The position numbers were made by a program, and so were the translations under genes. This document shows, piece after piece, positions 46,284 through 57,115 of a DNA stretch of 64,000 bases (the stretch's first letter is position 1; every line of letters starts with the position of its first letter). Source of the stretch: Bacteroidia bacterium (GTDB taxonomy: Bacteria; Bacteroidota; Bacteroidia; 2-12-FULL-35-15); assembly GCA_038258655.1 (NCBI GenBank), contig JBBSPS010000001.1, positions 7,089-71,088 of the forward strand. Direction: 5' to 3'. The notes beneath the pieces are model-generated. The model had not been told where the DNA came from. It made no database searches and saw only the letters and a program-made list of their open reading frames with translations.

Positions 46284-48754
46284 TTAATCGATTATTATAA
46301 TTTTACCCGTACTGATGAGAGAATTGTCTTTTGATAAAATCCGGTAAATATATATTCCAGCATTAAGTTCATCCCTTATAAATTCAAAGGAATTTGAAGC
46401 AGTTTGAAATTTACGAACTTCTCTTCCATAAATATCAAAGACCATAAAATTATATCCATTTGTAGTTTTATTTTGTTCGGATATTATAAAAGTAGTAGAT
46501 TCATTAAAAGGATTGGGATATACATTAACTTTTATATTATTATTGTAAGTAATTTGAGTAATGCCAACAGTAATGGATATTGTATTGATTGCTTTTTTAG
46601 TTGAAACCGGAGCGTTAAAATCAAACCATATATCAACTTTATTTTTAATAACATCGCCGGGGTGATTAGCAGCATTTTGTTTGATCTTAAATTTTACAAA
46701 AGCATGGCTTTCAACTTCGTTTGTTGTGCTATCCGGTAACATAATTTTTGGAAATGTAAACTCCAGTATTCTTGAATCATAAACTCTGTATGTATATTTA
46801 TGACTGCTTGCGCCAGCTTCAATTGAGCTTATGTTGAGCTTACTTGTTATAGTATCTCTCACAACAATATTAATTGCTGTATCTGTTCCTGTATTTTGAA
46901 AATGAATAGTATAGGAAAGAATAGAATCAGTTAAATTTATTGTTCCTACCGAACCAATACCTTTTGGACTTACTTCTTTAAAATTAGGATCATACGCTGC
47001 TTTTATGATACGGTTGGTGGTATCAATATTATTGGCGGAAACAATATCCATTGCTAAAGGATATATAAGAGCTTTATGATGTAACGTACTACCAACTAAA
47101 CCCGGATTGGCAGGAACATTATAATCAACAGAAATATTTCTTTTCTCACCCATCAAAAGGTTACTAAAATTCCAATCCAATGTATCACCATTTTGGTTTA
47201 CTTGTAACGGCGATGCGGATACGAATGACAAAAGTGGATCATATTGTAATTTAATATTGCCACTCATGGTTTTTGTTCCGACATTTTCATATTGAATATC
47301 TATTTTGTGTTTAGACCCTACCTTAGCAATACCACAAGCAACACTTATTTTTAAATCCTGAACATTGGGCACAAATTGCATTCCAAAATTATTGGCTGAT
47401 GAATTTTGCTGTAGTGTATCAAAATGAACAGAATAGGTTGAAGGAGAATTAGGACATATCTGATTACTATAAGTAATTGGAACAAGGCTTACAGAAAAAG
47501 TTCCTGTATCAGTTGTTACAGAATAAAAACCATTTGTATCTGTTGTTGCGTAACTATTTCCGGGTGAAATATAAACCATTTTATTTGCAAGCTTTGGTTC
47601 TCCTGCGTCTTTAATACAATTTCCATTCAGGTCATTATAAACATACCCTTCTATTTTATCACTATAGGAATTACCTGCAGCATCCGTTTTAATTAAATAA
47701 AAAAAAGGTGATGTGGAAGGAACTTGTGAATTACCAAATATTATAAACCCACCGTCTTTTGTTGTTTCTATGAACTCTCCCCTAATTGACCCATTTCCAA
47801 TATTTGGCGCTCGGTATTCTTTTTCCCATTGTATATTTCCTAATACCCCCATTTTTACCACCCATACATAATTTTCGGATTTTGTTCCAACAAAAGCATA
47901 TCCACCATCTGGTGTTTTAGTAATTGAAAAAGCGCAATAAAGGGGCTTCCTATTAGTTGTAATAAAAGAGCGCGTCCATAATGTATCTCCATTAGAATTT
48001 GTTTTATTTACAGATATTATGGAATCACCACCAACGGCTATATATCCCGCATCTGAAGTTTGCTGAACAGAATAGAATGCATTAGCTCCTATGTAGGATT
48101 TGCTCCAACTAATATTTCCATTCTTATCAAATTTAGTTAATAGGGGTGAATTTACCACCCCCCCTGAAGCTACAAAACCTGAATCAGCAGTTTGTATGAC
48201 CCAACGAAAATTTGGATTCCCAATACCCAATGTCTTCCATTTTAAATTTCCGAGGCTATCTCTCTTAGCGACATAATTACTTGACGTCATTACCAATCCT
48301 TTATCAAAAGTTTCCTGAACACAAAGTATTTGATATCCTGAAATTCCAAGTGACTTTGTCCATAAAGTATCTCCAAACTTATTTAACCTAAGTAATATAT
48401 CTTTGCCAGAAATATCAAAATTATTGTGTGCACCTACAACATACCCTCCGTCTTTAATTGTTTTATACATGAAGTTTTATCAAAATATTTATATATTCTT
48501 TTCCATTGTACATTACCATTGCAATCAACTTTAACAATTAATCCATAATTCTTATAGAACGTTACAGTATCAATTGTTACAAGTCCAAGAATATAACCAA
48601 GATCCATGGTTTGATCAACAGTAGAATGATGAGGCCATGAGAGGGTTAATCTAGCGGGGATTTCTTTTTCCCAGCGCTGAGCATGAACTATAAAAACACA
48701 AGATACCAAGGTAATTAATAATATAATTTTTTTTGGGGCATAGATAGGACTCAT
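46284..48754 (-). CDS. Large secreted repeat protein with a T9SS type A C-terminal sorting domain, split by a frameshift at about 48461-48464
   Basis: The 106 aa ORF carries the signal peptide and the first D.NGN..W repeat. The 728 aa ORF carries DGGY/DSGF repeats, Ig-like domains and a Por_Secre_tail (VYPNPFNE...GIYIYRI). A 5th A in the 4-A run restores ...SCIKTIKDGGYVV. Confidence 0.65.
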
Positions 48755-48799
48755 AGAAACAATTTAAGGTTTTGACTGTACCAAAGATATAATAAAATC

Positions 48800-49423
48800 T
48801 CACATCGGCAAGTACACCACCTTCTTCGTTTCAAAAAATTCTTCAGAGAAATAATCTTTCAGATCATACAATATAACACGCTTTTTAAAATCTTTAAACT
48901 CTTCGGTAAGATCGCCACCTTTTAAATAAAGTATTCCGTTTGGTAAACTGTTGAATTGTTTTTTAGTGAATTTATTTTGTACCCAACGGTAGAATACAGG
49001 AAATTCGGTAACAGCACGTGAAATAATAAATTCAAATTTATGCGTCACTTCTTCGGCACGTATATGTTCCGCTTCCACATTTTCCAATCCAAGTGCTGAT
49101 GCAACTTCATTCACTACTTTTATTTTTTTACCGATAGAATCCACGAGGTAAAAATTACTTTCCGGAAAAAGTATCGCTAATGGAAGACTTGGAAATCCGC
49201 CTCCACAGCCTACATCCATAATAGTAGTATCTGGTTTGAAGGAAATTACTTTCGCGATACCCAATGAATGTAATACATGGCGTTCGTACAACAGATCAAT
49301 ATCCTTACGGGAGATCACATTTATTTGTGCGTTCCAATGTTCATACAAACTTTGTAATTGCTCGAATTGTTTTTGTTGGGTTTCGGAAAGGTTGGGGAAG
49401 TATTTGGAGATGATGGAAATCAA
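48800..49423 (-). CDS. rsmG: 16S rRNA (guanine527-N7)-methyltransferase
   Basis: SAM motif IMDVGCGGGFP and the GidB family pattern. Confidence 0.88.
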   Translation of the reverse strand: MISIISKYFPNLSETQQKQFEQLQSLYEHWNAQINVISRKDIDLLYERHVLHSLGIAKVISFKPDTTIMDVGCGGGFPSLPLAILFPESNFYLVDSIGKKIKVVNEVASALGLENVEAEHIRAEEVTHKFEFIISRAVTEFPVFYRWVQNKFTKKQFNSLPNGILYLKGGDLTEEFKDFKKRVILYDLKDYFSEEFFETKKVVYLPM

Positions 49424-49473
49424 AGGAAATTAAAATTTTAATTTTAAATTAATAGTAGATGAAAGTCAGATTC

Positions 49474-49496
49474 TCACTTATAACTTATAACTATAA
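49474..49496. repeat. Heptamer tandem repeat (TTATAGT TATAAGT TATAAGT in gene sense) overlapping the sigma-factor stop codon
   Basis: Same unit family as 3775-3810. Located at the sigma-to-rsmG junction. Confidence 0.45.
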
Positions 49497-50108
49497 TTTT
49501 TCGTCGGAATTTTTTAAAATATTGGCTAAGAATTCACGGGCACGAAATAGTTGTGCTTTAACTGTACCAAGCGGTAATTCTAATTTTTCGGAAATTTCTT
49601 CATACGATAATTCTTCGAAATAACGCATCTCCACCAACACGCGATAACGTGGCTTTAATTTGTCCACTATGTCATGCATGAGTTTCACCTTTTGCTTTTT
49701 TACAAAACTCTCTTCCGGGTTAGGGCCGGTAGATTTAATATCCATACTCATCTCGCCCCCTTCATCATTTTCAAAAGTACGGTCGAGGGAAAAAGTGATC
49801 ATCTTTTTTCTACGTATAAAATCAATACAATTGTTGGATGCTATTTTAAATAGCCAAGTGCTGAACGCAAAATTGGGAGTGTATTGCCCCAGACGTTTAA
49901 ATGCTTTACCAAATGCTTCAATGGTCAAATCATCCGCATCATCTTTGTTATTTATCATTTTCAGCAACATGAAATAAACCGAATCATGGTAACGTCCCAT
50001 CAATTCAGCATACGCTTTTTGATCACCTTTATCAAGCGCCAAACGGATTAAATTATAATCATATACCGCTTTTACCGATAGGTTTGAGTCAGAGTTTAAT
50101 TCATCCAT
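49491..50108 (-). CDS. RNA polymerase sigma-70 family factor (ECF / sigma-24-like)
   Basis: Region 2 (DLTIEAFGKAF) and region 4 (LSYEEISEKLELPLGTVKAQLFRAR). Confidence 0.85.
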   Translation of the reverse strand: MDELNSDSNLSVKAVYDYNLIRLALDKGDQKAYAELMGRYHDSVYFMLLKMINNKDDADDLTIEAFGKAFKRLGQYTPNFAFSTWLFKIASNNCIDFIRRKKMITFSLDRTFENDEGGEMSMDIKSTGPNPEESFVKKQKVKLMHDIVDKLKPRYRVLVEMRYFEELSYEEISEKLELPLGTVKAQLFRAREFLANILKNSDEKL

Positions 50109-50126
50109 TTATTTTAAATGAGGAGA

Positions 50127-51254
50127 TTATTTCCATTTATTTTTTTTGATAAACACATTTGACAAACTGATCATTGGGTATATTAGCAAAAGGATCAATT
50201 CGATCAGGGGTGAAATTAATAATAAATCCTTTTCAGCCAGCAATTTCATTGATTTGTTAAATATAATGATTTGTATTAACAACCGAAAAACGAAACAAGA
50301 TACAACAATAACCGGTTCAATTTGAATGATCAATAAGGTAATGAATGATGTGAAAAATAAATATTGACTGATACCTACCATCATCAATCGAAATTTACTG
50401 CCAATATTATAATGTTTAAAGGTAGTTACATGTCTGCGTTTTTGTCGGAACCAAGCTCTCAACGTTTTTTTTACGCATGAAATAGTGTGGCTGTCAATAC
50501 TAATCTCAATTTTCGAATTTTGTTTTGTTGCCGCTTCGTTCACAAACAGGTCATCATCACCGGATTCAATGTGATAATGAGAAGCAAAACCTTTCATTTT
50601 AAAGAACAACGATTTTTTGTAGGCGAGGTTTCTGCCTGTGCCCATATAGGTTTTATGTGCCAATGCAAATGATAAAAATTGCAGGCCGATCATAAATGTA
50701 TCATACCGAATGATTTTATTCAGGAATCCTTTTCGTTTTTCATACCTCCCGTAACCCAGTACAATCTCCGTTTCATTTGTAAAATGTTGCATCATATTAC
50801 GTAACCAATCTTTGCTATTGGGTTTACAATCAGCATCAGTAAGCAATAAATGTTCATGTTTAGCCCCTTTAATTCCCATCATCAACGCCACTTTTTTACC
50901 ATGCACATACACTTCATCTTCCTTGATGGTAACTACTTTAAGGTTGGAATATTTTGTTGCAAACTCTTTTAAAATATCCCCGGTATTATCAAATGAACAA
51001 TCATTTACCACCACTACTTCAAACTCTGGATAATCCTGTTCAAAAATGAGGGGTAAAAAATCAATTATATTGTGGTCTTCATTACGGGCACAAATGATAA
51101 TAGATGCCGGAGGAGTATGAGCAGGCACATCCTTTTTTTTATAAAAAGCCAATCGGCTGAAATAGCCTAGGTAATACCACAACTGCACTAACAATGCAAA
51201 AGCAAATACGATAAAAATAATTAATCCTAAAGAAAGGGGTGTAAAAGCTGACAT
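50127..51254 (-). CDS. Family 2 glycosyltransferase (membrane-associated)
   Basis: IIICARNE...VVVVNDCSFDNT GT2 motif, DxD, C-terminal TMs. Confidence 0.8.
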   Translation of the reverse strand: MSAFTPLSLGLIIFIVFAFALLVQLWYYLGYFSRLAFYKKKDVPAHTPPASIIICARNEDHNIIDFLPLIFEQDYPEFEVVVVNDCSFDNTGDILKEFATKYSNLKVVTIKEDEVYVHGKKVALMMGIKGAKHEHLLLTDADCKPNSKDWLRNMMQHFTNETEIVLGYGRYEKRKGFLNKIIRYDTFMIGLQFLSFALAHKTYMGTGRNLAYKKSLFFKMKGFASHYHIESGDDDLFVNEAATKQNSKIEISIDSHTISCVKKTLRAWFRQKRRHVTTFKHYNIGSKFRLMMVGISQYLFFTSFITLLIIQIEPVIVVSCFVFRLLIQIIIFNKSMKLLAEKDLLLISPLIELILLLIYPMISLSNVFIKKNKWK

Positions 51255-51399
51255 CTAACTAAATTTATTTTCAAATTATGAACCTCTACTTTCACAAAAA
51301 TAGCCGAACTAGTCTATGGTAATGTATTATCTTTGGCGGGATTTAAACAAAGTAATTAACAATCAATAGGTACGGATAACGAATCAGTTATCTGTTATT

Positions 51400-52530
51400 A
51401 TGAAATTTAGTATTTCCCATACCGATAAAAACAGCAAGGCCCGTGCAGGAGAGATCATTACCGATCATGGAGTTATTCAAACGCCTATTTTTATGCCTGT
51501 TGGTACCGCGGGAACTGTAAAAGCGGTTCATCAACGGGAATTAAAAGAGGATATAAAAGCGCAAATTATTTTAGGGAATACCTACCATTTATATCTGCGT
51601 CCTGGACTCGAAGTGATTGAACAAGCAGGAGGTTTACATAAATTTAATGGATGGAATAAACCGCTGTTGACCGATAGCGGCGGTTATCAGGTATATTCGT
51701 TATCCACTCAACGTAAGTTAACTGAAGAAGGCGCGAAATTCACTTCGCATATTGATGGCAGTAAACATTTTTTTTCACCAGAAAGTGTAATGGACATTCA
51801 ACGTACCATCGGTGCTGATATTATTATGGCTTTTGATGAATGTACTCCTTATCCTTGCGAATATGATTACGCAAAAAGATCATTGGATATGACACATCGC
51901 TGGTTGAAACGTTGCTGCAAACGGTTTGACGAAACAGAAGATAAGTACGACTACTCGCAAACCCTCTTCCCTATTGTACAAGGAAGTGTATATAAAGGCC
52001 TTAGAGAAAAATCCGCTGAATTTATAGCGGCACAAAATCGTGAAGGAAATGCTATTGGCGGATTATCTGTTGGCGAACCTGCTGAAGATATGTATGCAAT
52101 GACGGAGGTAGTTTGTACTATTTTACCTGCGGATAAGCCACGTTATTTAATGGGTGTAGGCACTCCAATAAATTTGTTAGAAAGTATTGCCTTGGGTATT
52201 GATATGTTCGATTGTGTATTGCCCACACGTAATGCGCGTCATGGATTGCTCTACACACAAAATGGAGTCATCAATATTAAAAATGAAAAATGGAAAAATG
52301 ATTTTTCCATTCTGGATGAAAACGGAACAGCTTATGTAGATAAAGAATATTCAAAAGCGTATCTACGGCATTTAGTACATTCACAGGAGTTATTGGGCGC
52401 CCAAATAGCTAGTATTCATAATTTGGCTTTTTATTTGTGGTTGGTAGGCGAAGCTCGCAATAAAATTATTTCCGGTACTTTCAAAGAATGGAAAAATAAA
52501 ATGGTGAAACAAATGAATTGCAGATTGTAA
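51400..52530 (+). CDS. tgt: Queuine tRNA-ribosyltransferase
   Basis: PIFMPVGTAG, DSGGYQ and the zinc subdomain; 376 aa. Confidence 0.92.
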   Translation: MKFSISHTDKNSKARAGEIITDHGVIQTPIFMPVGTAGTVKAVHQRELKEDIKAQIILGNTYHLYLRPGLEVIEQAGGLHKFNGWNKPLLTDSGGYQVYSLSTQRKLTEEGAKFTSHIDGSKHFFSPESVMDIQRTIGADIIMAFDECTPYPCEYDYAKRSLDMTHRWLKRCCKRFDETEDKYDYSQTLFPIVQGSVYKGLREKSAEFIAAQNREGNAIGGLSVGEPAEDMYAMTEVVCTILPADKPRYLMGVGTPINLLESIALGIDMFDCVLPTRNARHGLLYTQNGVINIKNEKWKNDFSILDENGTAYVDKEYSKAYLRHLVHSQELLGAQIASIHNLAFYLWLVGEARNKIISGTFKEWKNKMVKQMNCRL

Positions 52531-52538
52531 ATTTAGAA

Positions 52539-52582
52539 ACGTCATTGAGGATGCTTCGGGCGAAAAGCCCTAGCAATGACGT
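52539..52582 (+). other. Nested hairpin after tgt (9 bp outer stem ACGTCATTG/CAATGACGT with an inner GGGCgaaaaGCCC stem), no T-run
   Basis: Read directly from the sequence. Not a canonical terminator. Confidence 0.45.
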
Positions 52583-52592
52583 GCTAAAAATT

Positions 52593-52623
52593 TATAACTC
52601 ATAACTTACAACTTATAACTCAC
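52593..52623. repeat. Heptamer tandem repeat (ATAACTC ATAACTT ACAACTT ATAACTC), the reverse complement of the TTATAAG family, abutting the lptF/G TTG start
   Basis: Third locus of the same heptamer family; orientation is opposite to the other two. Confidence 0.45.
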
Positions 52624-53700
52624 TTGAAACTTTTAGACTTATATATCATTCGTAAATTTTTGGGGACGTTTTTTTTCTCATTAGCACTCATCATTCTTAT
52701 TGTGGTGGTGTTCGACATTTCTGAAAAAATTGATGACTTTATTGGCAAACAAGCACCATTCAAAGCAATCGTTTTCGATTTCTATTTCAATTTCATTCCT
52801 TATTTTATAAATCTATTTAGTCCATTATTTACTTTTATTGCAGTGATTTTTTTTACTTCCCAAATGGCTACGCGTACCGAAATAGTGGCTATTCTGAGCA
52901 GTGGTATCAGCTACCGCAGACTACTTTTCCCATATATGCTTTCGGCGACAGTTATCGCATCGTTATCACTTTATATGAATCATTTTGTGATCCCTCACGC
53001 TACAAAAAAACGGATAGCGTTTGAAGATAAATACATTAAAAATGAGTTTCATAATAACGATAGAAATATTCACAAACAACTGTCCCCCGGTAATTATATT
53101 TATTTGGAAAGTTATAGCACCGAAGAAAATACGGGATATAAATTTTCAATCGAAAAATTCAATCAAGGGAAATTATATTATAAATTAATGGCCGAAAGTA
53201 TTAAATGGGACAGCCTGAAAAGTAATTGGACAATTAATAATTATTATACCCGTACCATTAACGGGATAGATGAGTACATAAAAAAAGTTTCTCGTATTGA
53301 TACTACATTAGGCTTTACTCCAAAGGAATTTGGGCGCAAGGACAATACCGTTGAAACAATGGATTACAAGGAACTTAATGAATATATAGATTCGGAGCGG
53401 TTGAAAGGATCGGATAATATTGAGGTTTACGAAATTGAAAAATACAGGCGTACGGCCTTTCCTTTTGCCACTTTTGTTCTAACGCTGATTGGAGTTTCCA
53501 TTGCAAGCCGTAAAGTACGCGGTGGTATTGGCATGCACATTGGGCTTGGAATTTTTATCAGCTTTACATTTATTATGTTCATGCAGATCAGTACCACTTT
53601 TGCCGCAACTGGCTCTGTATCACCCATTATTGCCGTTTGGATCCCCAATTTTATATTCAGCTTTTTGGCGTGGTATTTATTGACGAAAGCACAGAAGTAG
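52624..53700 (+). CDS. LptF/LptG family LPS export permease (YjgP/YjgQ)
   Basis: N-terminal LDLYIIRKFLGTFFFSL, six TMs and a periplasmic beta-jellyroll region. Confidence 0.8.
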   Translation: MKLLDLYIIRKFLGTFFFSLALIILIVVVFDISEKIDDFIGKQAPFKAIVFDFYFNFIPYFINLFSPLFTFIAVIFFTSQMATRTEIVAILSSGISYRRLLFPYMLSATVIASLSLYMNHFVIPHATKKRIAFEDKYIKNEFHNNDRNIHKQLSPGNYIYLESYSTEENTGYKFSIEKFNQGKLYYKLMAESIKWDSLKSNWTINNYYTRTINGIDEYIKKVSRIDTTLGFTPKEFGRKDNTVETMDYKELNEYIDSERLKGSDNIEVYEIEKYRRTAFPFATFVLTLIGVSIASRKVRGGIGMHIGLGIFISFTFIMFMQISTTFAATGSVSPIIAVWIPNFIFSFLAWYLLTKAQK

Positions 53701-53704
53701 TTAA

Positions 53705-53740
53705 TAGTTGATAGATCTAACAACCAATAACTATCAACTA
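53705..53740. other. 10 bp inverted repeat TAGTTGATAG / CTATCAACTA exactly between the convergent lptF/G and ispE genes
   Basis: Perfect arms with a 16 nt loop; no flanking T-runs. Confidence 0.35.
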
Positions 53741-54562
53741 AAATTGTCCTTCATAAACAAAAGCACCTGGAAATTTCGATTTTAAATTTGTAGCCTCTTT
53801 AAATATTCCATACACTGTAGAGCCGCTTCCACTCATTGCTGCATACACAGCGCCCTCCAAATACAATTGTTTTTTAATGTTTTTTATTTCAGGGAATTGT
53901 AAAAAAACAGAGTCTTCAAAGTCATTATGAATAACATTTTCCCAATCTTCAATCGGTAAATTTAAAATATCATTTTCCAATGAACGTGTTGGTTGTTTTG
54001 GTTTTACACCACTGTATGCTTTCGCTGTATTAATATGAATGTTAGGATAAATTAATGCAATGTGATAAGCGCTCAGGTCTATTTTTATAGATTCATACAC
54101 ATCGCCTTTCCCTTCAGCGAAAGCAGGTTTATTGCTCACAAAAAAAGAACAATCGCTACCGAGTTGTCGTGCATAATTATGCATCTCTCCCCAAGAGATA
54201 CCCAACTCAAATTTTTCATTCAGCAAACGAATAAAAAATGCGGCATCAGCAGAACCACCACCCAAGCCTGCTCCAATAGGGATATGTTTATGCAAATGAA
54301 TTTTTACGTTAGGTACCGGATAATCATTAGCAATTAAATGATAGGCGAACCAACATAAATTATCCTGTACATCTCCCGGTATTGGAATTCCTGATGTATT
54401 AAAAATAATTCGCTCTGAATCCTCATCTGTATTTTCAATTACTTCCAACGCATCACGTAAACCAACAGGTACCATCACACTTTCGATGTTATGAAAATCA
54501 TCATCACGTTTTTCAATGATGTTGAGTCCAATATTAATTTTAGCGTTTGGAAATATGATCAT
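53738..54562 (-). CDS. ispE: 4-(cytidine 5'-diphospho)-2-C-methyl-D-erythritol kinase
   Basis: GHMP kinase motif PIGAGLGGGSADAA; N-terminal KINIGLNI. Confidence 0.88.
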   Translation of the reverse strand: MIIFPNAKINIGLNIIEKRDDDFHNIESVMVPVGLRDALEVIENTDEDSERIIFNTSGIPIPGDVQDNLCWFAYHLIANDYPVPNVKIHLHKHIPIGAGLGGGSADAAFFIRLLNEKFELGISWGEMHNYARQLGSDCSFFVSNKPAFAEGKGDVYESIKIDLSAYHIALIYPNIHINTAKAYSGVKPKQPTRSLENDILNLPIEDWENVIHNDFEDSVFLQFPEIKNIKKQLYLEGAVYAAMSGSGSTVYGIFKEATNLKSKFPGAFVYEGQF

Positions 54563-54759
54563 TGTGCAAAGTTGGGAATAAAAATGTAAACTAGTTCCTT
54601 TTCAATTTTTTCTTTATTCGCTTTGCGAAAAAATTTTATGCTCTTTGTGGTTATTTTTTCATCAAGAAAATTTAAAAGTTGATGAGTATTTATCAATAAA
54701 TCAATTCGTTTTTCGCTTGTATTTTTATTACTTTAGCATTCCTAAAAACAAAAAAAAGC

Positions 54760-55737
54760 ATGAATTATTTAGATTTTGAAAAACCGATTGAAGGGTTATA
54801 TGAACAATTAGAAAAGTTGAAACAAGTAGCCGAAAAGAGTGGTGTGGATGTTTCCAAAAATATGGCTGATATTGTAGAGAAAATTAAACAGGCGCGTACC
54901 GAAATATATGGCAATCTTACTCCATGGCAACGTGTGCAGGTATCTCGTCACCCTGACAGACCATATACATTAGCCTATATTGATTACATCACAGGTGGTA
55001 CGTTCATGGAATTGCATGGCGATCGTACAGTAAAAGATGATAAAGCAATGGTAGGTGGTTTTGGTAGTGTAGATGGAAAAACCGTTATGTTCATTGGGCA
55101 ACAAAAAGGTATTAATACTAAAATGCGGCAAATACGTAACTTCGGGATGCCTAACCCAGAAGGATATCGCAAAGCTTTGCGTTTAATGAAGCTTGCTGAA
55201 AAATTCAATAAGCCAATTGTAACACTTATTGATACTCCCGGTGCTTATCCCGGTATTGAAGCGGAAGAGCGCGGACAAGGCGAAGCTATTGCACGTAATT
55301 TGCTGGAAATGTCGCAATTAAAAGTCCCTGTAATTTGTATTATTATTGGTGAAGGGGCATCCGGTGGCGCATTAGGTATTGGTATTGGCGATAAAGTATT
55401 GATGCTGGAAAACACTTGGTATTCTGTTATTTCACCGGAATCTTGTTCTTCTATTTTATGGCGCAATTGGAAAAATAAAGAACGTGCTGCTGAAGCATTG
55501 AAACTTACTCCCAACGACATGATGGAAAATAAACTAATCGATGGAATTATTCCTGAACCATTGGGTGGTGCACATACCAATCATGAGGAAATATTTAAAA
55601 CGGTAAAAGAAGAAATTATCAAACACATTACTAACTTAGAAAAAATGGATGCAAAGAAACGGGTAAACGAACGCATCGAAAAATTTTGTGCAATGGGAAT
55701 GGTTAATGAAGAAGTGAGTAAAGTAGTGGTAAATTAA
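54760..55737 (+). CDS. accA: Acetyl-CoA carboxylase carboxyltransferase subunit alpha
   Basis: LDFEKPI...RHPDRPYTL...IDTPGAYPG AccA signature. Confidence 0.93.
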   Translation: MNYLDFEKPIEGLYEQLEKLKQVAEKSGVDVSKNMADIVEKIKQARTEIYGNLTPWQRVQVSRHPDRPYTLAYIDYITGGTFMELHGDRTVKDDKAMVGGFGSVDGKTVMFIGQQKGINTKMRQIRNFGMPNPEGYRKALRLMKLAEKFNKPIVTLIDTPGAYPGIEAEERGQGEAIARNLLEMSQLKVPVICIIIGEGASGGALGIGIGDKVLMLENTWYSVISPESCSSILWRNWKNKERAAEALKLTPNDMMENKLIDGIIPEPLGGAHTNHEEIFKTVKEEIIKHITNLEKMDAKKRVNERIEKFCAMGMVNEEVSKVVVN

Positions 55738-55742
55738 AATTA

Positions 55743-57092
55743 TTATTGAAGAGAAATTTTTCCTTGTTGTATTTCCTTCTTTTCATTTATTATTTTATAC
55801 AAATATATTCCTTTATCCTTTCGACTCAAGTCAATCACGCAGGAATTGTTTTTTGAGGTTGTTTGATAAATCATTCTTCCCATACTATCATACACTTCAA
55901 TTTGATTTTCTTTTTCTAAATTTTGGAAAATGAATTGTCCATTGCTTGGATTGGGAAAAATTAAAACAGGGTTTACAAAATGTCCTTCATTTATCCCAAC
56001 AGGAAGTGTTGTAAAGTTAAAAGGCCCTATCCAGGTAGTGTTGACAGTATCGCAGTTGGCTCTTATATAATAGGAATAATTTAAATTAGCAGTTAAGCCA
56101 GTTACTTTATAGTAATTACTATCTGAAGAATAAAAAGTACCGCTGCCTAAATTAAAACCCTGCAAGCCCAACTGAATAGTATAATAGATGGCAATACCTT
56201 TCCAATGCAATAGAGCGGAACCGGAAGTAATATCCGTAACAGTGGCATTGCTTGGAGATAAACATAATGTTGCAAATACATCCAGGTCATAATTATTGCT
56301 ACCGCATCCATTAGTAATAGATAAGGTGACTGGATAAGCATACTTACTTGTATCCAGCAGATGAGTTACCTTAGGACTATTAGAGGTATTATCAAATTGA
56401 CCATCTCCAAACCACCAATAATAATAGCTTGCACTTGTATCAAGAGCGGTAAAATCAAAAACAAACAAATTTGTATCTTTAAGAAAAGCGGTAAACGTTG
56501 CATTGGGAAAGCCTAGCGAGTCCGGCGCAACTTTAACTAGGGAAGTTAAGGTATCAGCTTTCAATCCTTTTTTGGCGATCAGTGTTATAGGATAAGTTCC
56601 TGCTTTATCAAATTTATAGGATGGAAAGTCTAATGTTGAAATAGAGCTGTCGGGCAAGATCCAAACAAATTGATCGCTGCAGGTAGAAAAATTGTAAAGC
56701 TGATTATAACAATACCTAAATAAAAAATCCGCATGAGGAACTGTATCAACATACAGGTTCCTAGTTATAGTAGTATAATGCCCGTTATACGAAGTCATGG
56801 TAACACTGTAAGGTCCGATTTTTGTAAAAAAATAAGAAATATTTTTTTCATAGGAGGAGTATATCGTATCGCCTTTATCGTTTGCAATGCCCCAATAAAT
56901 GGCATAACCGCCACTTGTTTTGTCAATGAAATGAGTTGAATCTCCCGCACAAAGCCCTTTAACAATAAAATTGCCTACCGGCGGAAGATGCCTCGTTCCG
57001 CTTACAGAAGAAGTTCCTGATTGAGCGATTAATCCCAGGCTTAAAAAACAAGCAAAAATTAAATTGAGATATGTTATTTTTTTAATCTTCAT
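55743..57092 (-). CDS. Secreted protein with PKD/FN3-like domains and a T9SS type A sorting domain
   Basis: Signal peptide. C-terminus IFPNPSNGQF...GIYLYKI. Confidence 0.7.
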   Translation of the reverse strand: MKIKKITYLNLIFACFLSLGLIAQSGTSSVSGTRHLPPVGNFIVKGLCAGDSTHFIDKTSGGYAIYWGIANDKGDTIYSSYEKNISYFFTKIGPYSVTMTSYNGHYTTITRNLYVDTVPHADFLFRYCYNQLYNFSTCSDQFVWILPDSSISTLDFPSYKFDKAGTYPITLIAKKGLKADTLTSLVKVAPDSLGFPNATFTAFLKDTNLFVFDFTALDTSASYYYWWFGDGQFDNTSNSPKVTHLLDTSKYAYPVTLSITNGCGSNNYDLDVFATLCLSPSNATVTDITSGSALLHWKGIAIYYTIQLGLQGFNLGSGTFYSSDSNYYKVTGLTANLNYSYYIRANCDTVNTTWIGPFNFTTLPVGINEGHFVNPVLIFPNPSNGQFIFQNLEKENQIEVYDSMGRMIYQTTSKNNSCVIDLSRKDKGIYLYKIINEKKEIQQGKISLQ

Positions 57093-57115
57093 GAGTAAGA
57101 AATATTTTTTTTTGA

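Noticed and set aside
53705-53740. The inverted repeat between lptF/G and ispE as a classical bidirectional terminator
   Set aside because: A perfect 10 bp stem, but with a 16 nt loop and no T-runs on either strand. Reported only as an inverted repeat.
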